NCBI GenBank assembly: GCA_010909165.1
Contig: MU008186.1
Span: 434,001 to 498,000 of the forward strand
Reading direction: 5' to 3'
Length of the DNA stretch: 64,000 bases
From: Anthoceros angustus
Taxonomy: Eukaryota; Plantae; Anthocerotophyta
The position numbers were made by a program, and so were the translations under genes. The number at the start of each line of letters is the position of its first letter. Within the stretch, counting starts at the first letter, position 1. Positions 13,324 through 24,952 of the stretch are shown here, piece after piece. The notes under the pieces are model-generated. The model saw nothing but the letters and a program-made list of their open reading frames with translations, was not told the origin of the DNA and ran no database searches.

Positions 13324-13959
13324 CAAAATATATCTATCACGGAGCTTGGTTGCTCCTTCTTAACTGTGACCCATAGGGTCTCCCCTTGATGTCCTTTAGT
13401 AGATGGGTTCAGTCGTCTCTTTTTTCTTTAATAAAAACTTATGTCTACCTATTCCATGCAAGACACATTTTGCTACTTTTTGTTCCAATTAAAAACTTTG
13501 AAAACTTTTTGATATATATATCTACATTCATAGGTACCTAGGTTACCATTACCAAAGGTTAACATTACCAAATACGTATCTCCATAAATATTTTCTTAAA
13601 AGAAAAAAGAATAGAGTTCTAGTACCCCATCACGTACGACCTAACGAATCGCTATGGTAAGACTCTTCTCTTTTCTTCGTTTGTGCAAAATCACGACTCA
13701 AAGGTGAGGGTGGCTGACTTTTCCCAACACCCTCATTTTTCTTGCATCACTTTGTCTACTTTTTGGGGAACAAGCTTACATTTGCTTGTTGAGCAAGTCT
13801 AACTTTCATCTCTTATTATCCCCAAGATATCTAATAATTAAATTACTAAAGAGAGAATGTGAAGACTTTATAAATATGCAATGATGGGAAGTCCCATCCA
13901 CACCGGGCGATGGGAAACAACCTTATGAAGGGTCCTAGGCCAAGGGGGACTAAGGAAGG

Positions 13960-14600
13960 GCCTACTTACCCGTCCTACCCCGTTCTTGCATATGTAGATA
14001 ATGCTTTAGCACAAGCCTTGATAAACCTCGAGAAGTCCTTGCCCATGTCCCTATGAGTCTCAATGGCAAGGGAAATGAAAGCATGGCCTTTCTGCATGGG
14101 GGTGTCATTGTGGACCATAGCGCATGCCTCCGCTGCCCATCCCATAGGATTGATGAAGACATGCTCCTAGACGGTGTCATGAGTATGGTCTGTTACAACT
14201 ACATCTGCAATAGAGACCTGGACCCCACAGGTTAGAAATAGGTCAACCCTGAGAGAAGTGCCAATACATAAAGCATACAGGCTCTCGCAGAAAGGAAAAA
14301 ATTCGCTCTCCCTGGCAATGGAGCATGACGTCTTGGACTGCGTTGTGTGTAGCAATGTATTGCTCTCCAATTGGACAATGAGCTAAGTGGGTCTCAGAGT
14401 CGTCGATGCGGCCCCCACAATTGCAGGTCCTTAGAGAATAGGGCCAAAGGTTGAACCAAGCCCAGGCAAAACCTCAATGCGGTAGAAAAAGAATCCAGTG
14501 CAAATCAGAAGGCTTGGATGCAAGGTTGGGCTAGAAGCCAAGAAACCTGCTCACTTCCCAGAACAAGAATGAGGGCGAGCTCAAGTGGGTTGAGCATTGG
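13960..14600 (-). mobile_element. Degraded 3' fragment of an RLE-type (CRE-like) non-LTR retrotransposon
   Basis: Stitched minus-strand frames give SWLLAQP..STALRFCLGL, then a zinc knuckle CNCGGRIDDSETHLAHC..ATHNAVQD, then SIARE, LRVDLFL..IADVVVTD (PD..D nuclease core) and FISLAIETH. Confidence 0.72.
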
Positions 14601-15249
14601 AGGAATCCAGAAGTAGGGCTTGTTGCGCCTACCCATACCCCTAGAGAGAGGCTTGAAGCCCACTAAATTCTCATGGAGTATGAAAAAGTAAATAAAAAAT
14701 TATCATAATTTTTTTTCCATTTATACAACTTCAAAAATCCTAAAAATACCATTGTCAACTAGGGGTTAATAAGAGTGATCTCCGCATGTGAACTCCACAT
14801 GTCTATGCACACCAAGTGGGTGTACCATTAGATGCACAACAAAGTTTCTTAAATTTTCTTTTTATTTTGATAAATATACCTCATTACATTATCCATTTCA
14901 TTCAATAAAACCCTCTTTCTTGCGATAAGCGGACCCACCTACCAATTCATGACTTTTGATGAAAAAGATCAAAACCGAGCGTCCTCAGTCCCAACCGATA
15001 ACCCCAAATTTGAAAGAAATGAAGGTTGAATAGCGTGAAGCTTGTGCAGCCTAAGAAACTACCGAAAATGTTGTGATAATCCTGGCATTTGGCCGTCAAA
15101 AACGCGCGATAGAGGTCGGACATCTATGGAATTGCTTTTAAACGAGGGAGAGGAAAACGACGCTTGTGGTGTTAACAGTTAAACATGCTGCACCAACAAG
15201 AGCATCTAGTTTCGCGTGCTTTGATGGTTTCCCACAAAAGGCATAGGTC

Positions 15250-18200
15250 TCAGACAGAGCCCACTTGAGGGCACACCATAACAGACTTCCCTGGCAGAAG
15301 GGGACTTCGCTGCTCTTGTCGACCTCCACCCTGCTTCAGTTCAACATTATGCTCTGCATCACCAACTACCAACACAGTTTTTTCTGCTGATGAAGGGGCA
15401 GGTTTCAGAGGCCCTTTCACAATATCCACAAGTTTTCCACTGCCCTCCTGCTCGGCGGCTTCCAATTTGGCAATCTCATCCGGAAAGTTCAGACGAGCTC
15501 CTCTTCCACACTTCCTATACACCATCTTATCATAAGCACGTGCTGCCACCTCTGGAGAATCAAAAATTCCAATATAGATGTGCTTCCTTGTTTTCGGCTC
15601 ATACATCTTCACCTTGAAACGTCCACTTGGTGTGACCTGCACACCTACATAGGGAGATTTGCTTGGCTTAGGAGTGAGGGACAAGTTGCTATAACTATCT
15701 TTTCCCTTACTGGCTGGTCCTTCGTTTTGGCAAGACGTCCTTGAGTCTGTTCGCACCTCCGGTGTGTCGTCAAGAGATTGGTGGCTGTCTTTCCCTCTCT
15801 CTGACATCGCCCGCCGCTTAGATGTTGTCTTGTACACCTTCGCATACTGAGAATCCACATAATAATCACCATCAACAACAAAAGCTTGCCTTAATGCTCT
15901 TTGTGATCCTTTCCCTGATCCTGATGCTGACCCCCGCCTCTTGTCAGAAACCTTCGTCTTTTCACAGCTCTCTCTGCTACTTGGTCTAGGGGTATTTCCA
16001 CTGGGCTTCTTGGTTAATTTTGCCACCTCTGTAGGAGAGCAGTCTAATGAATGCCCGACTAAGCACTTATCATCGTTACCCTGTGTAGGGATTACAGCCT
16101 CCAATGCTGCCCCATGATCTCCTGATTCCTTTTCTTCTACAGCTGAACTAGGCAGTGAACAACCGCCCTCCATCTCCCTCTCAGAGGCCATCTGGGCATT
16201 ATCTCCTGACCCACTGCCTGACAAGTGTTCTGCCAACCACGATGGAATCTGGTCCTGTTCCTTGTTCTTTTCTTTCTTACCCTTATCCTTGGAGGACTGT
16301 GAAATGTAGGACATCTCCTGCGAGCTGGTAGCACTTGCTGCGTTATCTGTTAATGTCTTCTCACTTCCTGATATACCATGCCCTTCACTTGAACTCTCAT
16401 CCTGCATGCCATTTGTTCTCAAGGAACCTGACTTTTCACTATTGGTGACCTGTCCTTGAGAAATTCCATCCTCAGAACGTCGATCTTCTGTGGCTTCATG
16501 ACTATGGTGATCGTTTCCCTCCCTAAGGCATTGGCTGCCATGATGTCGTTCATCAGAAAAGACCCCAGCATTTAGTGTCGACTCATCCCCAACTTTCAGA
16601 TGTGAAGCTAAGATGGCCGATGTTTGCTTCACACCAGACAAGTTGACCTCCACCTGATTTACACTAACCTCGTATCTTGGTGTTGAGCTCAGTAGCACAT
16701 ATTTTTCTGACACCAGACAACTTTCACTGCTGTTAACCTTGGCTCCTCTGACACTAGTTGTACCCAGCTTTGCCACTCCATTCGTACACTCTGCTACATC
16801 ATCTTGCACCGCGAGCAAACCATCAGCAGATTCCTCCTCCCTGCTTGAAAATTTAGAGCAGAGACCCCCTGTTGCTGGAACATCTGTGACCAACTGATCC
16901 ACCATGGTTCTCACAGGGTCGGGGACACAAACAATACCTTTGAACCTAGTCTGTTCCTCAGGTACGTTAAGGTCTTCGCCATCTGCTGGTGTCCTATGTG
17001 GAGAACAAGGACTAGAATGTTGGGAGCCAAGCTTTCCACATCCGCCATTTTCATTATTCCTGAGTTGTATATCCGCTCCAGTTTGGCTGAAATCAGCTCT
17101 CAAGATCACTTGTGAATCTCCATTCATTTCTTGCACAATCTCCTTCAGCCCATGCACAGTTGAATTCAATGTCTGCACTTCACTTGGATGATTTTCGTCA
17201 CCCTGGGTTGAGTACGCTCCCTTGTCAAAAGCTTCAACAGGAGCAGTGTTCGGATCTCCATTATTCTGTGGCTGGTCCTCCACAAGTAAGGAACAGCCAG
17301 GGGATACAACAATCTTATTCACCTTGCTAGCCATGCTAACTGAAATATCATCTACACTTGACGAGTTCAACGACTTCCGCTTCCTGGACACGTCTTGCGG
17401 AGTAACGGAGAACTCATTACACAGTTCAGTTGCTTGGGAACCGGCCACACCACCTGTTTCCACTGTAGATGGTAAAGAATCATCTTCTGACTCCTCCCTG
17501 ACAAAATTGGTCTTAGCTCTCTTGCCCCGAAACATGCGTGCCGCATCATCATAGGCATGTGCAGCTGCTTCTTCGGTGTCAAATGTTCCCAGCCATAACC
17601 GCTTTCCATCTGGAGTTCGGATTTCTGCGCCAAAAGCACCCCATGGCCTCTTTCGTACACCAACAAACTTAGAGAAAAAGATACGCCTACCATGACTTTT
17701 CCCTGTTGTTGATAGTTCCTTTAGAGAAGAGATAGCTTTCTTCATTGCTGAGAATTTATTTTCATGTACTGAGCACAGTAAACTCATGGTTGTCATATCC
17801 AGGCCTCCAATGTCGATGATGGATGGAAGGTGAATTTGGTGCTGGTTTACCTTAGACACCGTCCCCTTTACCTGTGATAAATAGGGCAAACATGCCAGGC
17901 CCACTCTAGTCAAATCCATTGAGCCAATGTCTACACAGCAAGGAACCGAAAGAGGCCCACCATGCTTCCTTTTGTCTAGTGAAAGTGTGATCCCAGGATA
18001 TTCTGTTCTATGCTGTGCTGTTCGCAGTGGCGAAACTGCACAAGCCTTGTTAGTAATACAAGGTGTAACCATTGTGCAATTTTCCACACTTGCAGCTGCC
18101 GATTGCTTTTCTTGAGGGCCCTTGGCTACTAGAGACCCAGGTGCTCTCCTTTGCGATTTTTCCCCATTTGAATATGGCATGTTTTTGCCTCTGCAAAGTG

Positions 18201-21200
18201 TGAGCATCTTTTTCCTGGCTGAAGACAGCACATCCAGGTCGGGGCGGTTCCCCACCTGCTTGACCTCTGCATGTTCCTCATGTGGGGCTTCAGCACACCG
18301 ACTTTGATGATCTGGGGGCAGGGCTTGTGGTGCCGCTTGATTCACAAGCTGCCTCCCAGGAGGATCAAACTGCATAATGACTGGAGCGTCAACCACCTCA
18401 ACATGGTGAGCCACTGTTGCAGCCAAAACCATCAGCGTATATTCACCACTCGCATTCTTCTCTGGATGCTGGGGTTTTGATGTAACTGGCTGGGATGTCA
18501 CATTGGCGGGAACCTTATGCATCTGACAGAATCTGCAACATACAAGCACACAGACAGTGTCAGAGAGTAAGCATAACCTTGAGAAACAATCCATGCAGGG
18601 TAGACAGCGCTGACTTGGCTCCTCTGGACATTCAAACCCGTTTTGGAGGTGATGACTGTAAAAACTTGACTCCGGGAAGAACTACTCATGCAGCGTCCCA
18701 CAATTCCTCAACAAAAGCCAAGAGACTTGTGAAATAACCAGTGTGCATTTACCCTTGCGTACAGACGAAGGGCCTGGCCAAGGATACCATCAGTTTGGAC
18801 ACTGTTCAAAGGTCTTCAGAAGTAGCAGAAACAGACCTGGTGTCCCGAGTGCTCAGGAATACAGAAAACTTGCAACGGCCTTGTGTAGAGTGGTCAATAT
18901 ATTCACATTGTCTGTACGGAGCAGAAGAGTCCTCCAGGATATGCTGCATGCAGAACTCGTAGCCATGCACAGCATACTGCAGGCATCTTTGCTTGTCTGA
19001 CTGACAGAAAAGGGTGCCATTGGGGGAAGACAATTTATGCCCTCCCTTAAACTGGACTCGGAAGCTGTTGGGATTATAGGAACGCAGGTGAAATCCTTCA
19101 TTCCCTGCAGATTTGACAAGGTCATTTGAAGGACTGCATCTTGTCCCATTCAAGCTATCCTTTGCTTTATCACTTTCGTTTGCTGCTGGCAAACACTTGG
19201 CGCTTTGTTGACTATAATGGGCACCAACTTCAGCTTTTGCTGTCGTGAGCATATTCACATCAGTCCTCTTCTGAGCCTTCCTTGATTTCTTCCAGCCGAG
19301 AGGTTGGCCTCGGCTCTCTTCAAAATCATCCGACCTCTCCTCTTTTGAGCAACCCAATTCGGTTTCAATAAATTTGCGCTTGCGTCCAGAGTTTTCATTA
19401 TTTAGGAGCAGACTTGCAATCGACTCTGAAGGTGTGTCGGTTTCCAAAGAATATTCTACCTGCATGGTGTTTCACAATAAGCTTCAGTTGACAAAATTCT
19501 GCAGGGAAAACTCTTCCAGCACCACTCAGCTTTGAGATGAGACCTATCTCACCTCCTGCGAGTGGGTACCCTTCATCTTGTTCCGGGAGAGAAACCTGAC
19601 CTTGAACAGGTCAGCTGATATGATTTCAAAGAGTAATACATCACCAATTTCTCCATCATGGTGCCCGACAAAAGCTGGCCATCCATTTGTGAGTGCAAGT
19701 CTGCGCCCAGATTGCTCCCAGGCACTCCAATCAGTCTTCCATCTGCAGCCCTGTGAGTCCTCAAGAGTAACCTGCCCCTTTGATCCTTGGAGGAAAGTAG
19801 ACATGAACATGACGGGGAAGCACTGCAGCAGGACGATGCTGTTAGCATTCAGATTGGAAACCAGGAAAGGTGGTCAGCTTGTACGCTTCATGACACACAG
19901 GATGTGTCTAAAACTTCATAAAAAAGCAGAGCTGAGCGAAAGACATTTACCAATTTTCCATTAGGACCGATTGATCTGCGCTGGAGAGCCCTTGCAAAAG
20001 AAGGACTCTTGGTAACAACATCTCGGACAAGCCTCGTGACCATCTTTCTGTTTGGGCTAAGGCGCCCTTCCCCAATGTAGGGGACATAACCTTGTTTGCA
20101 AACCCTTGGCAAGTCTGTTTTCAAACGACGATTACCACCCACGGATGCCTTCACTTGATAGGGTTTCTCATTTACGCCCTGGAAATGCAATGTGCACAAG
20201 AATCCACTTAGCCCTTCTTGATGACACTGTGAAAATGCTGCCTCGCTCGAAATCAACGTTTTTTAGAGTCAATATTGTCAAGGAAGCATACAGTGACCAC
20301 AAGGAGATCTGCAAAATACCCTTGTCTTTTTAGCAGGAAGCGACCAGCCCTGTCTTGTCCAATTCAGATGCAACCTTGTGCGCAGGTCATCTGTCAAATC
20401 AATTTTCCTCGAGCCATGGCAAGATGAGACCTGCTTCATATCCACAGACCCAAAATGAGCACCTGCTTACCCTAACACATCTCCAGCCGCATCGTCTTTG
20501 GGCATTCAGTTTAATCGGAGCCTTACCAAAACCTTCTTCCTCCCAGAATCCAAAACAATCCGCCCTGGCCACCAGCAGTTATCTGTGTGTACGTCCACGA
20601 GATCACCGGCCTCCCATTCCTCTTTCAGCAGCCTCACCTTCCTGGGAACTCCATCGCGGGACACAGACATGATCTCATCTGGAGGCTTGGGTCGAATAGA
20701 TGGGTTGTGATAACCATCCTTGGAGTCATAACCAGAATCTTCATGTGTGATCCACTCACTAGCTGCCGAGCCAGGAGCACAGACAGTTAGATGCACTCGC
20801 AGATTCTGAGACGACCGTACACAGATTTACATAAAGTCAAACACCTCCCATCACAACAGCGTGTGCCCACATGCATAAATATCAACGAACAGTTCACAAC
20901 ACCCTGTTAACGAAAAGCACCCAGCTTGACAAACAAGTGAAATGAAGACTCACGCTCGTCTGGAACACAGGGGTAGCACACGTAATACCGGACTTCCTTC
21001 TGCCTGTCCACTTTCAAAACCTGCGTAGTACCCACCACAAACGAGGTCAACCACCCGCCAAGCTGAGTACACACAAACACACACACAGTACTTAGACAAA
21101 ACAACCCAGAGACACAAGATTCCGCATAGCATCCAGGCCGCTCACAACAACCCAACTCCAGTTCCACACCGATCACGCACCTTGGCATCCACCCAGACCT

Positions 21201-21276
21201 TCCGATTCTCATTCTCGCAACTGATCTGCACCAAGTCCCCCGAGCCGAAACACGAACTCCCAGGCGCATCCCCCAT
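15250..21276 (-). CDS. Multi-domain nuclear protein, ~1637 aa: Agenet/Tudor x2, B3, zf-C3Hc3H, AP2/ERF x2. Exons 21276-21181, 21020-20954, 20762-20527, 20430-20320, 20178-19951, 19822-19553, 19459-18837, 18532-15250
   Basis: All 7 introns are GT-AG and keep frame (4914 nt total). Agenet: [20 protein letters not shown] and [27 protein letters not shown]3: [40 protein letters not shown]3H pair: [22 protein letters not shown]2: [33 protein letters not shown] and [24 protein letters not shown]. Confidence 0.85.
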
Positions 21277-22765
21277 TCTTGCTCGGGCCCCCAGCCCAGC
21301 CCACCACCCTGCCTGCCTTACGTGCCGGCCATGCGTCTCCCACGGGTAGGTATACGACGTCGCAAAATCGGACAGTGGGCGGTAACCGAAACTCCCGTTT
21401 TCTCTGCGGCGGCGTCAAAATCAAATAAGGCTGCTACAGGCCCACAAAATCTTGGCCTGCAATTACTGCCGCCTGCAGCCAGCCTTGGCGCATTCCGCAC
21501 TCCACTTCCCTCCCCCTTCCTCCTCCGCGCGGACGACAGGACCGATATCCCTAACCCACCCGTCGTAGCTTTCCTCCCGTGCTTGCCTTTCCTTTCCTTT
21601 CCTTTCCTTCCCTTTCCTTGCCGTCCCCGCCTCACTCACGGATCAAACCCCGCCCATCATCCACCTGCATCCCGCACCCCAACATTGCACCACGAAGAAA
21701 CCCGGCAATTGCTGCAATACCCGAATTCCCGGAACCCGTATCTTGCCGCGGATCCGCGACCTGGCGCATTCCCCCGGGCCTGGCCCTGTCCCGGCACCGG
21801 GATTCTGTTCCTCTGTTCACGGCCGCAATTAGCACACCACAGTCAGCTCACGTAAGCCACAAATCCAGGTTACCACTTCCACGTGCACGTCGCAGCCGCC
21901 TAAATTTCGAACGGCGCGACCAGCCCGATCGCAAATTTGAGCTAGACGCGAGCCCGGACCCGCGATTTGCCTTTGCTGCTGCCCGTCTCCGCGCTCCAAG
22001 TTTGCATCATTCCCTCCATCCACATGCATGACATGGAAGTCCGGCGCGGCAGCCCGGCCCCGGCCCGCCCGCCGGAGAAGCTGCTGCGGCTGCTGCTGCA
22101 ACGGCCATGGCCGCGGCAACGGCAAAACGGGAAGGAGAGGCAGACGACGCTCTTGCCGGGACAAGGAAAAGGAGATGGCGATACAGCGCACACGACAATA
22201 GTATGGCGATGTCGATGCCGCGCTGTGCAGGCTTGGCTTGGCCTGGCCTGGCCTGGCCCGGCCTGGCTGTGTGTGTCTGCGTGCGCTGCGAGGCCTCCCA
22301 CCACGGCCGACCGACGCCCTGCTTGTTAATAAATGTCCTTCGTCGTCGCCGTTGTCGTTAGGTGTCCCACCGACTCTGCTCTGCTACGTACATAGTTACA
22401 TACTCTGCGCTCTACTATGTTTCTTTTAGCGCGGGTCAGTGAAAATTGGCAATTGGCTCTGGCTGCGTCATTTGAACCCGACATCGGGGGCCTTGTGGCG
22501 GTTGCCGGTGAGAAGGAAAAACCCGTGGGTTTCACTGGCAACGCGCCCCGCCCCCGTTTCATGCTCCTCGGCTGCCCCGGCCGCGATGTACGTAGTAGTC
22601 GCTCCGACGACGCCCTAATGTGCGTTCGTGGAAGAAGAAGAAGAAGCTGGCTTTGTACGCTGCTTGTGAGAAAGACGACGATGGAAGACGAAGCTGGCTT
22701 TGCTAGCTGCTTGTAAACAAACCAAAGAGGATGGAAGAGTGAGATGTGAAGGAAGGAAAGGGGGG

Positions 22766-24850
22766 ATGGTGGAGCCGAAAATGGCAGATGCGACGAAGGG
22801 GATGGTGAAGGTGGAGCACAAACTTACCGTGAGGGACATGGTGCAGGATGTGGTGAGGATGTTCAGGGAGCAGCCGGAGAAGAAGAAGCCGAAGCACAGA
22901 GATTTTCTGGAGGTGATGGCGTGCTTCCACATTCGAGCCGCGATGCTGGAGCACAAGAGGTTCGGGGAGGACATGAGCGCGGCGGACTATGATGTGCTGC
23001 TTGCTGTGTGCGTGGAGCATCTGATGATGAACAATTGTCCTGCGGAAGAGACGATCCAATTGCAAGTGACAGTGCAAGGAGCGATGTTTGTGGAGACGAA
23101 TCACATGAAGAAAGACACGGAAGCCAAGAAGGCGAGATTGCAAGCGATCTTGGACGAGATAGTGGACACTAAGGTGAGGGACATCAGGAGGAGGTTGGAG
23201 ACGGCGGACCGGCTCTACTTCCTGGTGGTGGACTACATGCTGGAGTCGAGCCGGCAGATGGACGACGTCAAGGAACTGGATCCGCAGACGGAGGCGGAGA
23301 TTTACGCGGCGCTGGAGAGCGTGTTTCCGAAGTCGGGATGTCTGCATTTCATGGAGATTCCGAAGCTTGAGAAGGTGCAGCAGATCGAGGAGATCTCTGA
23401 ACTGGTGCCGGGGATCCGGTGCTTCAACAAGCATCTCGGGAGAGGAGGCGCGGTGACGGAGTACCTGTTTGATCTGTTCGAGCAGGAGACGGACGCGCTT
23501 GCGACGCAGGTGGCTGACACGCTCCGGGACCTGCACGACAGACTGGACGACTACATCACGGCCTTGGACCTGCAGCGCGGCGACCTAGGCATGCACCATG
23601 TGCTCATCATCCGGCTGCGGGACGAGATGGCGTACCATCTTCAGGCTGCGGCCTTCGTGGAGACCTTGGACGGGATGGTGAATTCGCGGTACGAATTGGT
23701 GAACGGGCTCTGGGGAGAGTGCCAGCAGCATCTGAGCCAGCTTCAGGACAGCATCAACTCGCTCAAGATCGTCCCGACCGAGATGGTGTACCCTGCCTTC
23801 ATCGCCGTCGGTCGCATCCACAAGCAGATTTCGGAGGAGCGCAAGACGCTGCATGCACACGCCCGGGCGGGGGCGCATTTGCTCAGTATGACCAACAAGC
23901 CGCCGTTCGTGCTCACTCCAACCACATGGAAGAAGCTCATGCTGAGGATTAAGAACTTCGAGTTCATTCCCTACAAGGTGGAGTTTCATGATGTCCCGGG
24001 GCGGGATGAGGATGCTCCTCCTGCGCCTCAGAAGGCCATGGTGATCAAGGAGGCCAACATCCAGGACGTGCTGCTGCGGGGGACGGAAATCAAGTTCGCA
24101 GGGTACTGTCCGGTGACGCTCACCACGACGGACGGGCTGCTGCTGCACGGCAACCCGGACATGGGCTTGGTGCAGGTGGATGACGTGCTAGTGGCATGCT
24201 ACGATGAGGATGCGTTCTCCGGCTTTTACAAGGGATTCGGGAACTACATGAAGGAGGCTTACCGGCTGGTGAAGAGGATGCCGCAGCTGGTACACATTCT
24301 GGGGTTGCAGGCCACGCCGCCCTTCACGAGCCTTTCCATCCCTGAGATTTTGCAGACCCTGACGGAGCCCCTCCCGAGCGAGTTCGGCACGCAGACGGAT
24401 GTGCACATGTACGAGGAGCATAGGTGGGATGAGGAGACGCTGCATCTGCGCAAGCTGCAGCTGGCCAGCAAGCTCACGCACGGGACGCAGACGGAGGCGA
24501 GCCATTTCAGGCGGGACAGTGAGACGCAGATGTGGCTGCCTAAGGAGAAGTGGACTCAGGGAGGGAAGTCCAGGGGCACTTCCATGTTCAGGAGGGTGAG
24601 GTTTATGCAGAACCTTATCGGGCAGCCCAAGCAGAAGTTCTACATGGTGAACATCACCTACGAGCTTGGAGACACACCCAAGTTGTCGCTCCACAAAGGC
24701 CTCTCATCTTACTCCAAGAAGGGGACCAGGCCCGCGGGTCCTGAGAGGAGCGGCCAGGCATTCTCCTTCAAGCACGGTCACTACCCGCATTGGTATCAGC
24801 CTGTCTTTCACCCTGTCAAGGAACATAGAGCATCCAACGCTTTCTTCTGA
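22766..24850 (+). CDS. CFAP206: Cilia- and flagella-associated protein 206, intronless (start at 22766 or 22781)
   Basis: EIYAALESVFP, L..GIR.FNK, FAGYCPVTL...DGLLLHGNP.MG, TQTDVH, THGTQT..SHFRRDSETQMWLPK are the CFAP206 family signatures. Confidence 0.92.
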   Translation: MVEPKMADATKGMVKVEHKLTVRDMVQDVVRMFREQPEKKKPKHRDFLEVMACFHIRAAMLEHKRFGEDMSAADYDVLLAVCVEHLMMNNCPAEETIQLQVTVQGAMFVETNHMKKDTEAKKARLQAILDEIVDTKVRDIRRRLETADRLYFLVVDYMLESSRQMDDVKELDPQTEAEIYAALESVFPKSGCLHFMEIPKLEKVQQIEEISELVPGIRCFNKHLGRGGAVTEYLFDLFEQETDALATQVADTLRDLHDRLDDYITALDLQRGDLGMHHVLIIRLRDEMAYHLQAAAFVETLDGMVNSRYELVNGLWGECQQHLSQLQDSINSLKIVPTEMVYPAFIAVGRIHKQISEERKTLHAHARAGAHLLSMTNKPPFVLTPTTWKKLMLRIKNFEFIPYKVEFHDVPGRDEDAPPAPQKAMVIKEANIQDVLLRGTEIKFAGYCPVTLTTTDGLLLHGNPDMGLVQVDDVLVACYDEDAFSGFYKGFGNYMKEAYRLVKRMPQLVHILGLQATPPFTSLSIPEILQTLTEPLPSEFGTQTDVHMYEEHRWDEETLHLRKLQLASKLTHGTQTEASHFRRDSETQMWLPKEKWTQGGKSRGTSMFRRVRFMQNLIGQPKQKFYMVNITYELGDTPKLSLHKGLSSYSKKGTRPAGPERSGQAFSFKHGHYPHWYQPVFHPVKEHRASNAFF

Positions 24851-24952
24851 CAGCCTGCCAAGCCTCGTGTGTACAAGCATCAAACACAGGAAGCACCTGA
24901 TGCAGCATGAAGTCACTTGTCGGCACAAGCCTGAGCACATTTCATTCGCCAT

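Noticed and set aside
14755-14772. AGGGGTTAA as a piggyBac-like right end
   Set aside because: No matching TTAACCCC left end or transposase found in the window.
18778-18790. GTATCCTT (U12-like donor) on the minus strand inside intron 7 of the multi-domain gene
   Set aside because: I found no U12 branch site, and the ordinary 18836-18533 intron already restores the zinc finger.
21300-22700. Many overlapping ORFs in the GC-rich intergenic region
   Set aside because: Low-complexity, microsatellite-containing promoter/UTR sequence with no recognisable protein.
22703-24694. Long minus-strand ORFs opposite CFAP206
   Set aside because: Shadow ORFs expected from G/C-rich third codon positions; no motifs.
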